Shown here: one piece after another, positions 26,171 through 35,700 of the stretch
Numbering within the stretch: the stretch's first letter is position 1
How the letters are laid out: every line of letters begins with the position of its first letter
Origin: an uncultured Chthoniobacter sp.
Lineage (GTDB): Bacteria > Verrucomicrobiota > Verrucomicrobiia > Chthoniobacterales > JACTMZ01
Direction of reading: 5' to 3'
DNA length: 64,000 bases
Assembly: GCA_964609925.1 (NCBI GenBank)
Contig: CAZSUJ010000008.1
Span: 4,785-68,784 of the forward strand
The notes under the pieces: model-generated
The model's input: only the letters and a program-made list of their open reading frames with translations
Told to the model about the DNA's origin: nothing
Databases searched by the model: none
Position numbers and translations under genes: made by a program

Positions 26171-26339
26171 GCTGCGATGGGGCGGCAAGGGGTTCCTGAC
26201 CTCCCCGTCAAGCGCCCGGCCCGCCCGGCTCCTGCCGCCCAATCTGGCAACGTTTCCTAGAACTGTTGGCTGCCCGCTATTGGCGGGCAGCAAGTGCAAA
26301 GCGCGGCGGGAAAATGTCAATAAACCATGACCGACCCCT
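26171..26339 (+). repeat. 169-bp direct repeat, copy 2
   Basis: See copy 1. Contains a 9-bp hairpin, GCTGCCCGC (26269-26277) / GCGGGCAGC (26283-26291). Confidence 0.8.
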
Positions 26340-26509
26340 ATCTCCTACGGGATTGCTATGACACATTTTCGCCTTGCCGCAGGCGCATTTTGCTTCGGGA
26401 ATCTGCTCGCGGATTCTACCCTGCACCCCATGCAATGGGCTGCCCGTCGTCAAGAGCACGCGACCCTGCCGGAGAAGCAGCGCATGAACCCTGCCGCCCC
26501 GACTCCCGC

Positions 26510-28897
26510 ATGAACAAGAAGAGCCTCAGCGAACGGGACATCAGCACGAAGTTCATCACGCCTAGTCTGGTGGCGGCTGGTTGGGACCTCGATACCCAGA
26601 TTCGCGAGGAGGTCAGCTTCACCGACGGCCGCATCTATGTGCGGGGAAAAATCCACACGCGCGGTGCGAGGAAGCGCGTGGACCATCTCCTCTACTACAA
26701 ACCCAACATCCCCCTCGCGATCATCGAGGCCAAGGACAACAACCACACCATTGGTGCAGGCCTTCAGCAGGCCCTCGGCTACGCCGACTCGCTCGACGTT
26801 CCTTTCGTCTTCAGCAGCAATGGCGACGGCTTTCTCTTTCACGACAAGACGGTGCAGTCCGGCGCAATCGAGACTGAGCTTCCGCTCGGCGCGTTTCCAT
26901 CCCCCGACGAACTCTGGACCAAATACAAAGCGTTCAAAGGCATCAGCGACGAGGCCGCACCGGTCGTCGCGCAGGATTACTTCACCGACGCGTCGGGCCG
27001 CGCGCCGCGCTACTACCAGCAGATCGCCATCAACCGCACGGTCGAGGCCATCGCCCGCGGCGAAGGCAACAACCGCCATCTGCTCGTCATGGCGACCGGC
27101 ACCGGCAAGACCTACACCGCGTTCCAGATCATCTACCGCCTTTGGAAAAGCGGTCTGAAGAAGCGCATCCTGTTCCTCGCGGACCGCACTGCGCTCATCG
27201 ACCAGACCGTCCGCGGCGATTTCCGGCACTTCAAGGACGCCATGACGGTGATCAAGCACAAGGAGATCGACACCGCCTACAACATCTACCTGTCCCTTTA
27301 CCAAGGCCTTTCCGACAGCAACGACGCCGACGCCTACAAGCAGTTCAGCCCCGAGTTTTTCGACCTCGTGATCGTTGATGAATGCCACCGCGGCAGCGCC
27401 CGGGAGGACAGCAAGTGGCGCGAGATCCTGGAGTATTTCAAGACGGCGACCCACCTCGGACTGACGGCCACGCCGAAGGAAACGAAGGACGTCTCCAGCA
27501 CGGAGTATTTCGGCGAGCCACTTTACTCGTATTCCCTCAAGCAGGGCATCGAGGACGGTTTTCTGGCCCCCTACAAGGTCATCAAGGTCACGCTGGACGT
27601 GGACGCGGAGGGGTGGCGTCCGCCCAAAGGATTCAAGGACAAGGAGGGCAAGCCGGTTGAGGATCGCATCTACAACCGCACGGACTTCGACCGGAACATC
27701 ATCGTCGAGGAGCGGCGAAAGGTCGTCGCGCAGAAAGTCACCGAGTTCCTGCGGGGGAGCGATCGCTTCTCGAAGACCATCGTGTTCTGCGTGGACATCG
27801 AGCATGCCGAGGGGATGCGACGGGAGCTGGCTAACGCCAACGCCGACCTCGTTGCCGCCAACAGCAAATACGTGATGCAGATCACCGGGGACAACAAGGA
27901 GGGCAAGGACCAGCTCGACGCGTTCATCAGTCCGTCCGAGCTTTATCCCGTCATCGCCACCACCTCGAAGCTCATGACCACCGGCGTGGACGCCCAGACC
28001 TGCAAGCTCATCGTCCTCGATTCGAACATCGGCTCGATGACCGAGTTCAAGCAGATCATCGGACGCGGCACCCGCATCAACGAGGACTTCGGGAAGCATT
28101 ACTTCACGATCATGGACTTCCGGAACGTGACCGCCCTCTTCGCGGACAAGGATTTCGATGGCGACCCGGTGCGGGTTAAGGAAGCGACGGAGGACGACGA
28201 TATCTCCGACACCGACCGCGAAACCGACGACGAGCCGATCATCGACGACCTTACCGGTGACACGATCGAATTCCCCGAGCCTTATCCGACCTGCGTCCCG
28301 ATTGTTTCCGACGACAAGGCCGAGTTCACCGCCCGCCGCAAAGTGACGGTCAACGGCGTGGAAGTCGTCGTCATCAAGGAGCGCGTCCAATACCTGGGCG
28401 AGGACGGCAAGATCATCACGGAAAGCCTGCGCGACTACACCCGCAAGAGCATCCGGCGGGCCTATGCTTCGCTCGGCGATTTCCTCGCCTCGTGGAATCA
28501 GACGGAGAAGAAGCGCGCCATCGTCGAGGCGCTTGAGCAGCAGGGGGTGATTTTCGCGGCCCTGCAGGAGGAGATCGGCTCGGCTTTCGATCCGTTCGAC
28601 CTCATTTGCCATGTGGCCTACGAACGGAAGCCGCTCACACGCCGGGAACGGGCGGAGCAGGTGAAGAAGCGCGACTATTTCACCAAGTATGGCGATCTCG
28701 CCCGCAAGGTGATTGATGCGTTGCTCGACAAATATGCCGACGATGGCGGGCTCGACCTGGAGAATCCGGCCATCATCACCCTTGATCCCATCAAGCGTCT
28801 GGGCACCGCACAGGAGATCATGGGTGCTTTCGGTGGCAGGCCGGGCTTTGACGCAGCGATAGACGCCCTGACGAAGGAACTTTACCGCGCCGCCTGA
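26510..28897 (+). CDS. hsdR: type I restriction enzyme R subunit
   Basis: ATG 26510 inside ORF 26327..28897. N-terminal nuclease region SERDISTKFITPSL..IIEAKD, helicase motif I MATGTGKT and motif II VIVDECHRGS. Confidence 0.9.
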   Translation: MNKKSLSERDISTKFITPSLVAAGWDLDTQIREEVSFTDGRIYVRGKIHTRGARKRVDHLLYYKPNIPLAIIEAKDNNHTIGAGLQQALGYADSLDVPFVFSSNGDGFLFHDKTVQSGAIETELPLGAFPSPDELWTKYKAFKGISDEAAPVVAQDYFTDASGRAPRYYQQIAINRTVEAIARGEGNNRHLLVMATGTGKTYTAFQIIYRLWKSGLKKRILFLADRTALIDQTVRGDFRHFKDAMTVIKHKEIDTAYNIYLSLYQGLSDSNDADAYKQFSPEFFDLVIVDECHRGSAREDSKWREILEYFKTATHLGLTATPKETKDVSSTEYFGEPLYSYSLKQGIEDGFLAPYKVIKVTLDVDAEGWRPPKGFKDKEGKPVEDRIYNRTDFDRNIIVEERRKVVAQKVTEFLRGSDRFSKTIVFCVDIEHAEGMRRELANANADLVAANSKYVMQITGDNKEGKDQLDAFISPSELYPVIATTSKLMTTGVDAQTCKLIVLDSNIGSMTEFKQIIGRGTRINEDFGKHYFTIMDFRNVTALFADKDFDGDPVRVKEATEDDDISDTDRETDDEPIIDDLTGDTIEFPEPYPTCVPIVSDDKAEFTARRKVTVNGVEVVVIKERVQYLGEDGKIITESLRDYTRKSIRRAYASLGDFLASWNQTEKKRAIVEALEQQGVIFAALQEEIGSAFDPFDLICHVAYERKPLTRRERAEQVKKRDYFTKYGDLARKVIDALLDKYADDGGLDLENPAIITLDPIKRLGTAQEIMGAFGGRPGFDAAIDALTKELYRAA

Positions 28898-29637
28898 TGC
28901 CCGCGTTCAGCGACTATCTGGTCTTTGTGGACGAGAGCGGGGACCACAACCTCGCCGGCATCGACCCGCAGTTTCCGGTGTTCGTGCTGCTCTTCGCCAT
29001 CATCCGCAAGGAAGAATACATCGGTCAGGTCTGTCCTGATCTGCAGCGGTTCAAATTCGAGTTCTGGGGACATGACGAGGTCGTGTTGCACGAGCATGAG
29101 ATCCGGAAGCCGTTCGGCGATTTCCTCTTCCTGCTGCAAAAGGCGCGGCGGGAGCGGTTTTTGGACGCGTTGACGGAGCAGATGACGCGGCTTCCGGCGA
29201 CCTTGGTGGCCGTGGTCATCGACAAGCCTGCCTACGCTGCCCGCTATCATGCCCCGGTGAATCCCTACGATTACGCGTTGGAGGCGGGCTTGGAGCGGGT
29301 CTATCGGCACTTGGAAGGTCTCGGGCAAGCGCGTGCCACCTCCGCGGTCATCGTCGAGAAGCGAGGCCGCAAGGAGGACGCCGAATTGGAGTTGGCCTTC
29401 CGGCGAGTCTGTGACGGGGCGAACGTCCTACACCGTGCGTTGCCCTTCCAGTTGGTCATGATTCCGAAAACGTCGAACTCTGCCGGCCTGCAGTTGACCG
29501 ACCTCATGGCTCGGCCGGTTGCGCTGCATCACCTTCGCCCGGACCAACCGAACCGCGCCTTCCAGATCATCGAACCCAAGCTCCGCCGCAGCCCGACGGG
29601 ACAAGTCGAGGGCTGGGGGTTAAAGCGTCTTCCCTGA
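28897..29637 (+). CDS. DUF3800-like protein
   Basis: 246 aa. N-terminal YLVFVDESGDH is the DUF3800 hallmark as I remember it. The start overlaps the hsdR stop (TGATG). Confidence 0.65.
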   Translation: MPAFSDYLVFVDESGDHNLAGIDPQFPVFVLLFAIIRKEEYIGQVCPDLQRFKFEFWGHDEVVLHEHEIRKPFGDFLFLLQKARRERFLDALTEQMTRLPATLVAVVIDKPAYAARYHAPVNPYDYALEAGLERVYRHLEGLGQARATSAVIVEKRGRKEDAELELAFRRVCDGANVLHRALPFQLVMIPKTSNSAGLQLTDLMARPVALHHLRPDQPNRAFQIIEPKLRRSPTGQVEGWGLKRLP

Positions 29638-29926
29638 AAATGCGAAGGGCCTCCGGGAAATCCCAGAAGCCCAGCGCCGGGCGGATATTTCCACCCCAAC
29701 TTCTTTGAAGTTTCACACACGCTCCCCGCTCCGTCAACCATCTGAGGAAAGGATGAACTATGAAGGATGCAGTGCCGGATTTGGGGGAGCGCACGCAGCC
29801 TGCCCCATCGAAGCTTGCGGCCCTCCGCGATGGGTGCGACCAACTCCTTGCCATCTTCACGACGATCTCGAAGACCGCGAAATCCAAACCTTCATAACTC
29901 ATCCTTCAACCTTCATCCTTCTCTCC

Positions 29927-31375
29927 GTGCCGAACATCTCCGCCATCATCAAGAACGTCCGCAACATCATGCGGAACGAGGACCAAGGCATCTCCGGCGA
30001 TGCCCAGCGGCTGGAGCAGCTTGGATGGATGCTCTTCCTGAAGATCCTCGACGAGAAGGATCAGGAGCTCGAACTGATCCGCGAGGGCTACACGTCGGTC
30101 ATCCCGGAAAGATTCCGCTGGCGGAGCTGGGCCGCCGATCCCGAGGGCATCACGGGCGAGGAACTCCTCCTCTTCATTGATCACCCGACCGACGGCCTCT
30201 TCGCGCAGTTGAGCCAGCTCAAGTCCCCCCACGCGCCCCAGCGCGCCGGGCTCGTCCGCGAGGTCTTCGACGGACTGAACAACTACATGAAGTCCGGCTT
30301 CGCCATGCGGAAGGTCATCAACCAGCTCAATGGCTTCGACTTCAACAACTCCGACGACCGCCACATTTTCGGCACCATCTACGAGTCCATCCTCATCGAG
30401 CTGCGCGACGCCGGGAACAAGGGCGAATACTACACCCCGCGCGCCATCACGCGGCTCATGACGCAGATGACCGACCCGCGGCTCGGGCAGAAGGTCCTCG
30501 ATCCCGCGGCCGGCACGGGCGGCTTCCTCAGCGCCGCCATTGATCACATCCGCGAAAGGGGGGTCCGCACGCTCGATGACGAGGCCATCCTCCAGCGCTC
30601 CATCACGGGCTGGGAATACAAACCCGTCGCCTACGTGCTCGGCCTGACCAATCTCATCCTTCACGGCCTCGACGTCCCGGATTACCACTACATCGACAGC
30701 CTCAAGGTCGAATACAGCACCATCGGCCCGAAGCAGCAGGTGGATGTCATCCTGGCCAACCCGCCCTTCGGCGCGGGCATCGCCGACGGGGTGGAGACGA
30801 ACTTCCCCGCGGCCTACCGCTGCCGCGAATCCGCGGATCTCTTCGTCATCCTCATGCTCCAGCTCCTCAAGCCCGGCGGCCGGGCCGCCATCGTCCTGCC
30901 GGACGGCTGCATCACCGGCGACGGCTACAAGGAGCGCATCCGCGAGAAACTCCTCACCGACTGCAACCTCCACACCATCGTCCGCCTCCCGCAGTCCACC
31001 TTCCACCCCGCCACCGTCTCCACGAACCTCCTCTTTTTCGAGAAAGGCACGCCAACGAAGGAAATCTGGTATTACGAGCACCGCCTGCCCGAGGGACAAA
31101 AGAGCTACTCGAAAACGAAGGTCATCCAGTTCGAGGAATTTGCGCCCATGATCGAATGGTGGGGCGGCGAAAGCCGTTCCGGCCGCGCGGAAAACGAAGT
31201 CGCGTGGAGGGTAAGGGTCGAGGACCTCAAGCGGGGGTTTGATCTCGATGTGAAGAATCCGCATCGGGACGAGGGGGAAGTGAACTTATCCGCCGTGGAA
31301 ATCATCAGCCGAATTGAACAAGGCTTCGACCGCTCTCGGGGACATTTGGACAAGCTCAGGTCGCTCATCAAGTGA
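29927..31375 (+). CDS. hsdM: type I restriction-modification N6-adenine DNA methyltransferase subunit
   Basis: GTG 29927 inside ORF 29705..31375. HsdM_N-like ISAIIKNVRNIMRNE..LEQLGWMLFLKI, SAM motif VLDPAAGTGGFL and catalytic ILANPPFG. Confidence 0.9.
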   Translation: MPNISAIIKNVRNIMRNEDQGISGDAQRLEQLGWMLFLKILDEKDQELELIREGYTSVIPERFRWRSWAADPEGITGEELLLFIDHPTDGLFAQLSQLKSPHAPQRAGLVREVFDGLNNYMKSGFAMRKVINQLNGFDFNNSDDRHIFGTIYESILIELRDAGNKGEYYTPRAITRLMTQMTDPRLGQKVLDPAAGTGGFLSAAIDHIRERGVRTLDDEAILQRSITGWEYKPVAYVLGLTNLILHGLDVPDYHYIDSLKVEYSTIGPKQQVDVILANPPFGAGIADGVETNFPAAYRCRESADLFVILMLQLLKPGGRAAIVLPDGCITGDGYKERIREKLLTDCNLHTIVRLPQSTFHPATVSTNLLFFEKGTPTKEIWYYEHRLPEGQKSYSKTKVIQFEEFAPMIEWWGGESRSGRAENEVAWRVRVEDLKRGFDLDVKNPHRDEGEVNLSAVEIISRIEQGFDRSRGHLDKLRSLIK

Positions 31376-32691
31376 ACTGGCCGCAAAAGAAAATCGGCGA
31401 CTTCCTGACTGAGGGCAGCGTTGAAGCAGCTTCGCCCTCAGCTGAACGGAGGATTCGGGTTCGACTGAACGCTGAGGGCGTCGAGAAGCGCCCGTTGATC
31501 GCCGAGACGGAAGGTGCGACACGGTATTTCCAACGGAAAGCCGGTCAGTTCATCTACGGTAAGCAGAATCTTCACAAAGGTGCCTTCGGCGTCGTGCCCC
31601 TTGAACTCGATGGCTTCGAAAGCAGCTCGGACCTTCCCGCCTTTGACGTAAGCGATGGCCTTCGCCCAGAGTGGCTTGTTTACTTTCTAAAGCAGGGCAA
31701 CTGCTACAAGTCTCTCGCTTCGATCGCTCGTGGCGCGGCGACAAAGCGCATTCAACCGGAAGCGCTGTTCGGGGTCGAACTGCCCGTTCCACCGATTGAG
31801 CTTCAGGACGAGATCATCCAACGGATGAACGAGTGTGTTCACGAGCACTCGAAGCTGGAGCAAGAGATTTCCCACCAAGAACAACTCCTCACCAAACTCA
31901 AGCAAGCCATCCTGCAAGAGGCGATTCAGGGGCGGCTGACGGCGGGGTGGCGGGATGCGCATTCTGAGGTGGAACCCGCCAGCAAGCTCCTCCAACGCAT
32001 CCAAGCCGAAAAAGCCCGCCTCATCGCCGCCAAGAAAATCCGCCCCGAAAAGCCCCTCCCGAGGATTTCCCCCGACGAGATTCCCTTTGAGATTCCCAAC
32101 GGCTGGGAATGGTGCCGGTTCGGCTCATACGCCCGATTCGAGCGGGGTAAGTTTTCTGCGAGGCCACGCAATGACAAACGCTTCTTCGGCGGCCCATATC
32201 CTTTCATCCAGATCGGAAGCCTCGACGAGCACGGCTCAGTAGTTACTTCATTCACTCAGACCCTCAATGAAGCTGGCCTTGAAGTGAGCAAGATGTTTGA
32301 GGCAGGCACCATCGCCATCGCCATTGTCGGTGGAACGATTGGAAACCTCGGGGTGCTTGGCCGTGATATGTGTTTTACGGACAGCGTCGTTGGAGTGCGT
32401 CCAAGCGTTCTGACATGCCAAGACTTCATTCTGTTACTGCTACGGGCAAAGCAGCCAGAGATTCAATCGGTCGCATACCAGCGAGCGGGCCAACCGAATA
32501 TCAGCTTGCCGAACCTTACAGACATCATCGTTCCCATCCCACCGTTGGCCGAGCAAGCGGCGATCGTGGAGCGGGTGGAGGGGCTGATGGCGACCTGCCG
32601 GGCGCTGGAAGCGGAGATCGAGCACGCCCGCACCCACGCCGCCCATCTCCTGCAAGCCGTCCTCAAAGAAGCCTTCGCTCCAAACCTGTGA
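31372..32691 (+). CDS. hsdS: type I restriction-modification specificity subunit
   Basis: 439 aa with two variable halves separated by the conserved helices QEQLLTKLKQAILQEAIQGRLT and HAAHLLQAVLKEAF. GTGA overlap with the hsdM stop. Confidence 0.8.
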   Translation: MNWPQKKIGDFLTEGSVEAASPSAERRIRVRLNAEGVEKRPLIAETEGATRYFQRKAGQFIYGKQNLHKGAFGVVPLELDGFESSSDLPAFDVSDGLRPEWLVYFLKQGNCYKSLASIARGAATKRIQPEALFGVELPVPPIELQDEIIQRMNECVHEHSKLEQEISHQEQLLTKLKQAILQEAIQGRLTAGWRDAHSEVEPASKLLQRIQAEKARLIAAKKIRPEKPLPRISPDEIPFEIPNGWEWCRFGSYARFERGKFSARPRNDKRFFGGPYPFIQIGSLDEHGSVVTSFTQTLNEAGLEVSKMFEAGTIAIAIVGGTIGNLGVLGRDMCFTDSVVGVRPSVLTCQDFILLLLRAKQPEIQSVAYQRAGQPNISLPNLTDIIVPIPPLAEQAAIVERVEGLMATCRALEAEIEHARTHAAHLLQAVLKEAFAPNL

Positions 32692-32701
32692 ACTGGAACT
32701 C

Positions 32702-35700
32702 ATGGACTTACCAGGGAATCTAACACCTGAACAAATCGAACAAATGCGTGCGTTTCTTGAGCACATGCAGCGGTTCGCCCCGCCATCGGACCAAACCATC
32801 GGAGGGCTATGCGATACGCATGAACAACTGGTAGAGGAACTCAGCCAATTCACCCTCGAATCAGCCATTCCGTTGATTTCGGCCTTGGAGACAATTCCGT
32901 GCCTATTAGAGACAACTATCCGCATTGAGATGTTGGTTGCCATTGCAGTTAGTCGCTGCAAAGGCAACAAACAGGCAACTTCAGAAGCACTCCATCATTG
33001 GTTGTCCCTATTAGATGAGTCGCCGATGGCCCTCTTGGAAGATCCCATGGAAGATGTGTTTATCGGCTATGTCTGCACGGACCGTGGTGGATTCCGCGTA
33101 TATCAGGGAATCTTCTCAAACGCAGACTTCAATCTTGAGCGCTTGGGCGCCTTCATGGCGGAAAAGACCAACGCACCGGACTTCGGAACCGCCTACGACT
33201 CTGCCATTGAGATACTGAAAGTCAGCGAAGCAATCGCAGATGAGTTAAATCACGAACGCTATCTTGTTGGTAACAAGTCGGAAAGCGATGGATTAACGAT
33301 CCCGGCAGGCACTTCCATTACAAGCCACTGTTCAGCCGTTGTCTTTGATGCCGACAAAATAGGCCGACTCGGAATTGACATGGCGAAGCTTGAGCCGTTC
33401 ACGCTCACAAAAGAGAAATCTGCCGCTCTCGACTCCCATCAACTATTCGGATCGCCCATCGAACTGAATCCACTTATCCCATTAGATGGCGGATTTGTCG
33501 TGGCTTCTCCGACCAGCATTTGCCGCGCAGCAATCGTGCGCCTTGTTGATGCTGCGTCTAGGATCGGCGGATGGGCAGATACTTTTTTTGCCACCGAGAG
33601 CGCAACGTTTTTCGTGAACGCGATAGTCAACCGAATGGGCATCAAACCCTTGAACGGCCTCAAGCTACCGGAGCTACCGTCTTCTTTGCCTCCACTTTTC
33701 CCAATGGTCGGGCAGTTCGACTATGGGATGCCAGTTATCGCATTCACTAAGGCATCACATCTCAGTGATGGCAGCGACCTTGAGGAAATGGAGTCATTTA
33801 CCAAGGAGCAGGCTATTGATCTGGACGAATACTTCACGAAGTGCTGTGAGGCATGTGAAGAGATCGAAGGCTTCCGAGGAGGATTGGTTCTACTGGCGTT
33901 CGCCGGCTTTGGCAAACCTGCAGCGTTCGCCGCTCTACAGCCTAGGCAAGGGTGGCAGCTTTTCACCGCTGCGCTGGGTGATTGGCAAACACTCGCTGGA
34001 GACCAGGATTTGGATGCAAAGCGCCTGTGGTATCTTGGACTTCAGGAGAAACTAGCCGAGCGCTACAATCTGGAGTTTGTAAACCCCTCGGGACTGGTAA
34101 ACTTGTATGGCTTTTGGAAAGACAACGATTTCAGTCTGATACACAAGGCTATCGACCCAAAAAACCCGCACAACATGATCGCAATAGATGGGTCATACTC
34201 CCTTCGAATCAATTCGGAGCTGAGATCGATTCGCGACCGCCATTGCCGCCAATCCATGAGCGATGCCAAGTGGATCACACTGGAGCGACAAGGCCGAGGC
34301 TTGAACCCTGACCAGACGGCCAACCTGATGTATGTGGATCATGCATCGGCGATCAACGGCTCTCTGAGAGGCTGCGTAGAATACAAGGAAATTGCATGGT
34401 GGGTGCACACCAAGGCGCGTCCGAAGAATCCAAAGTCCCGCAGCATAGTTTATCGGCTCTGGGAGTGTGTATTCAACTGGATTGAATACACCCTACCGAA
34501 GGTCTACTCAGTCACCATAAAGCACCGAGACAAACCAATCGCCATCGAGTTGACATTCCTAGAGGTGGAGGAGTGGAACATTGAGAGAATCATAGAGGTT
34601 TCCGAAGACAAATGCGGTCTTTCCATGCAAGCAGACCATGAGAATTGCGTAGTCAGGCTGACTTTCAATGAGGGATTTCTTCGAAGGTTTCATCGCCCGG
34701 ACAACATCGCTGAGAGAGAAATCGTCCGCTCTGTTCTTGAGGGTGCATTTGACATCTACCGGCAGAAAGTTACCGGCCAAGAACTGGATGATCTCACCAA
34801 CCATATCACCAAGAACCAAGATACGCGCTTTTTCCACGTGGTGACCTCTCCTTCATTGGAGTCAGCGCTAGGTGACACTGAACGGGCCGGACCAGCCTTC
34901 ATACCGTTGGAAGAAATCAGCCGGGTTCGTGTTGGTCTAGCTCAATGCATCGCGGCATCCCCACCCGAGAAGATCACCAGTCCAATTGAAGCTAGAGACT
35001 TTCTCGATAAAGCAGTCGCCTACCTACAAAAGGACGTTTGTTCCCGACTCAAACAGCTGGATATTCTCTCGGTCGTCTCACATTCATTCACTCAGTTGGA
35101 TGACATCTCCAGAGACCGCGATCGCTGGAGTCTGTCCACCCGATCCTTGCAGGCCTTATCGGACAATGCGACCTGGCTGCAGGACCGCTTGCGCCGCGAA
35201 AGCGGAAGGCATTCCTTGGCAGAGATCACCAACCGCATATTGATCGAGACGGCAGTCTACTCCCACGACCCGAAGGCTGAGGAATGCATTTCGCAAACGG
35301 AGCACGCTACTCTGCTAGCGAAGCTTGCGGTAATGATGGAGCTTGCGAATCATCGAGATGCCATCGTCGGCGGCTTCGTCGATGCAGATATTACAATCCA
35401 CAAAAACGGAATGATTGATTTCGATGAGTCATTTCAGCAACAGGTATTCCAACCCTACATTACCTCTCGTGTTGACGACAGAATCAAATGGGACGCGGAC
35501 GCCTATGACAGCCATTTCTTCAACCCCGCTGCTTCTGACGACGAACCGACTGGGGAAAACCCAGAAGTTCAAGCATTTCGGCGTGCATTTCAGGCCGAGT
35601 TTGGTTTTGCCTTTGATAAGCTGACTGAGGTCATTGATTTTTTCGCCGAACTTGCACTCACCCAACAACAAGGGGGAGGCATAATCCCCTCTGTGATTTT

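Noticed and set aside
26450-28612. 720-aa minus-strand ORF across hsdR. Similar antisense ORFs lie at 29906..31264 (hsdM), 15813..17837 (CotH gene), 60433..62073 and 62083..63528 (protease and gltX).
   Set aside because: Same reasoning as above. The plus strand carries helicase, methylase, HIGH/KMSKS and other motifs, and the antisense translations are featureless.
29705-29926. N-terminal extension of hsdM from ATG 29753 (MNYEGCSAGFGG..).
   Set aside because: The extension has no similarity to HsdM N-termini. The conserved HsdM_N pattern begins right after GTG 29927. It cannot be fully excluded; see the spacer finding.
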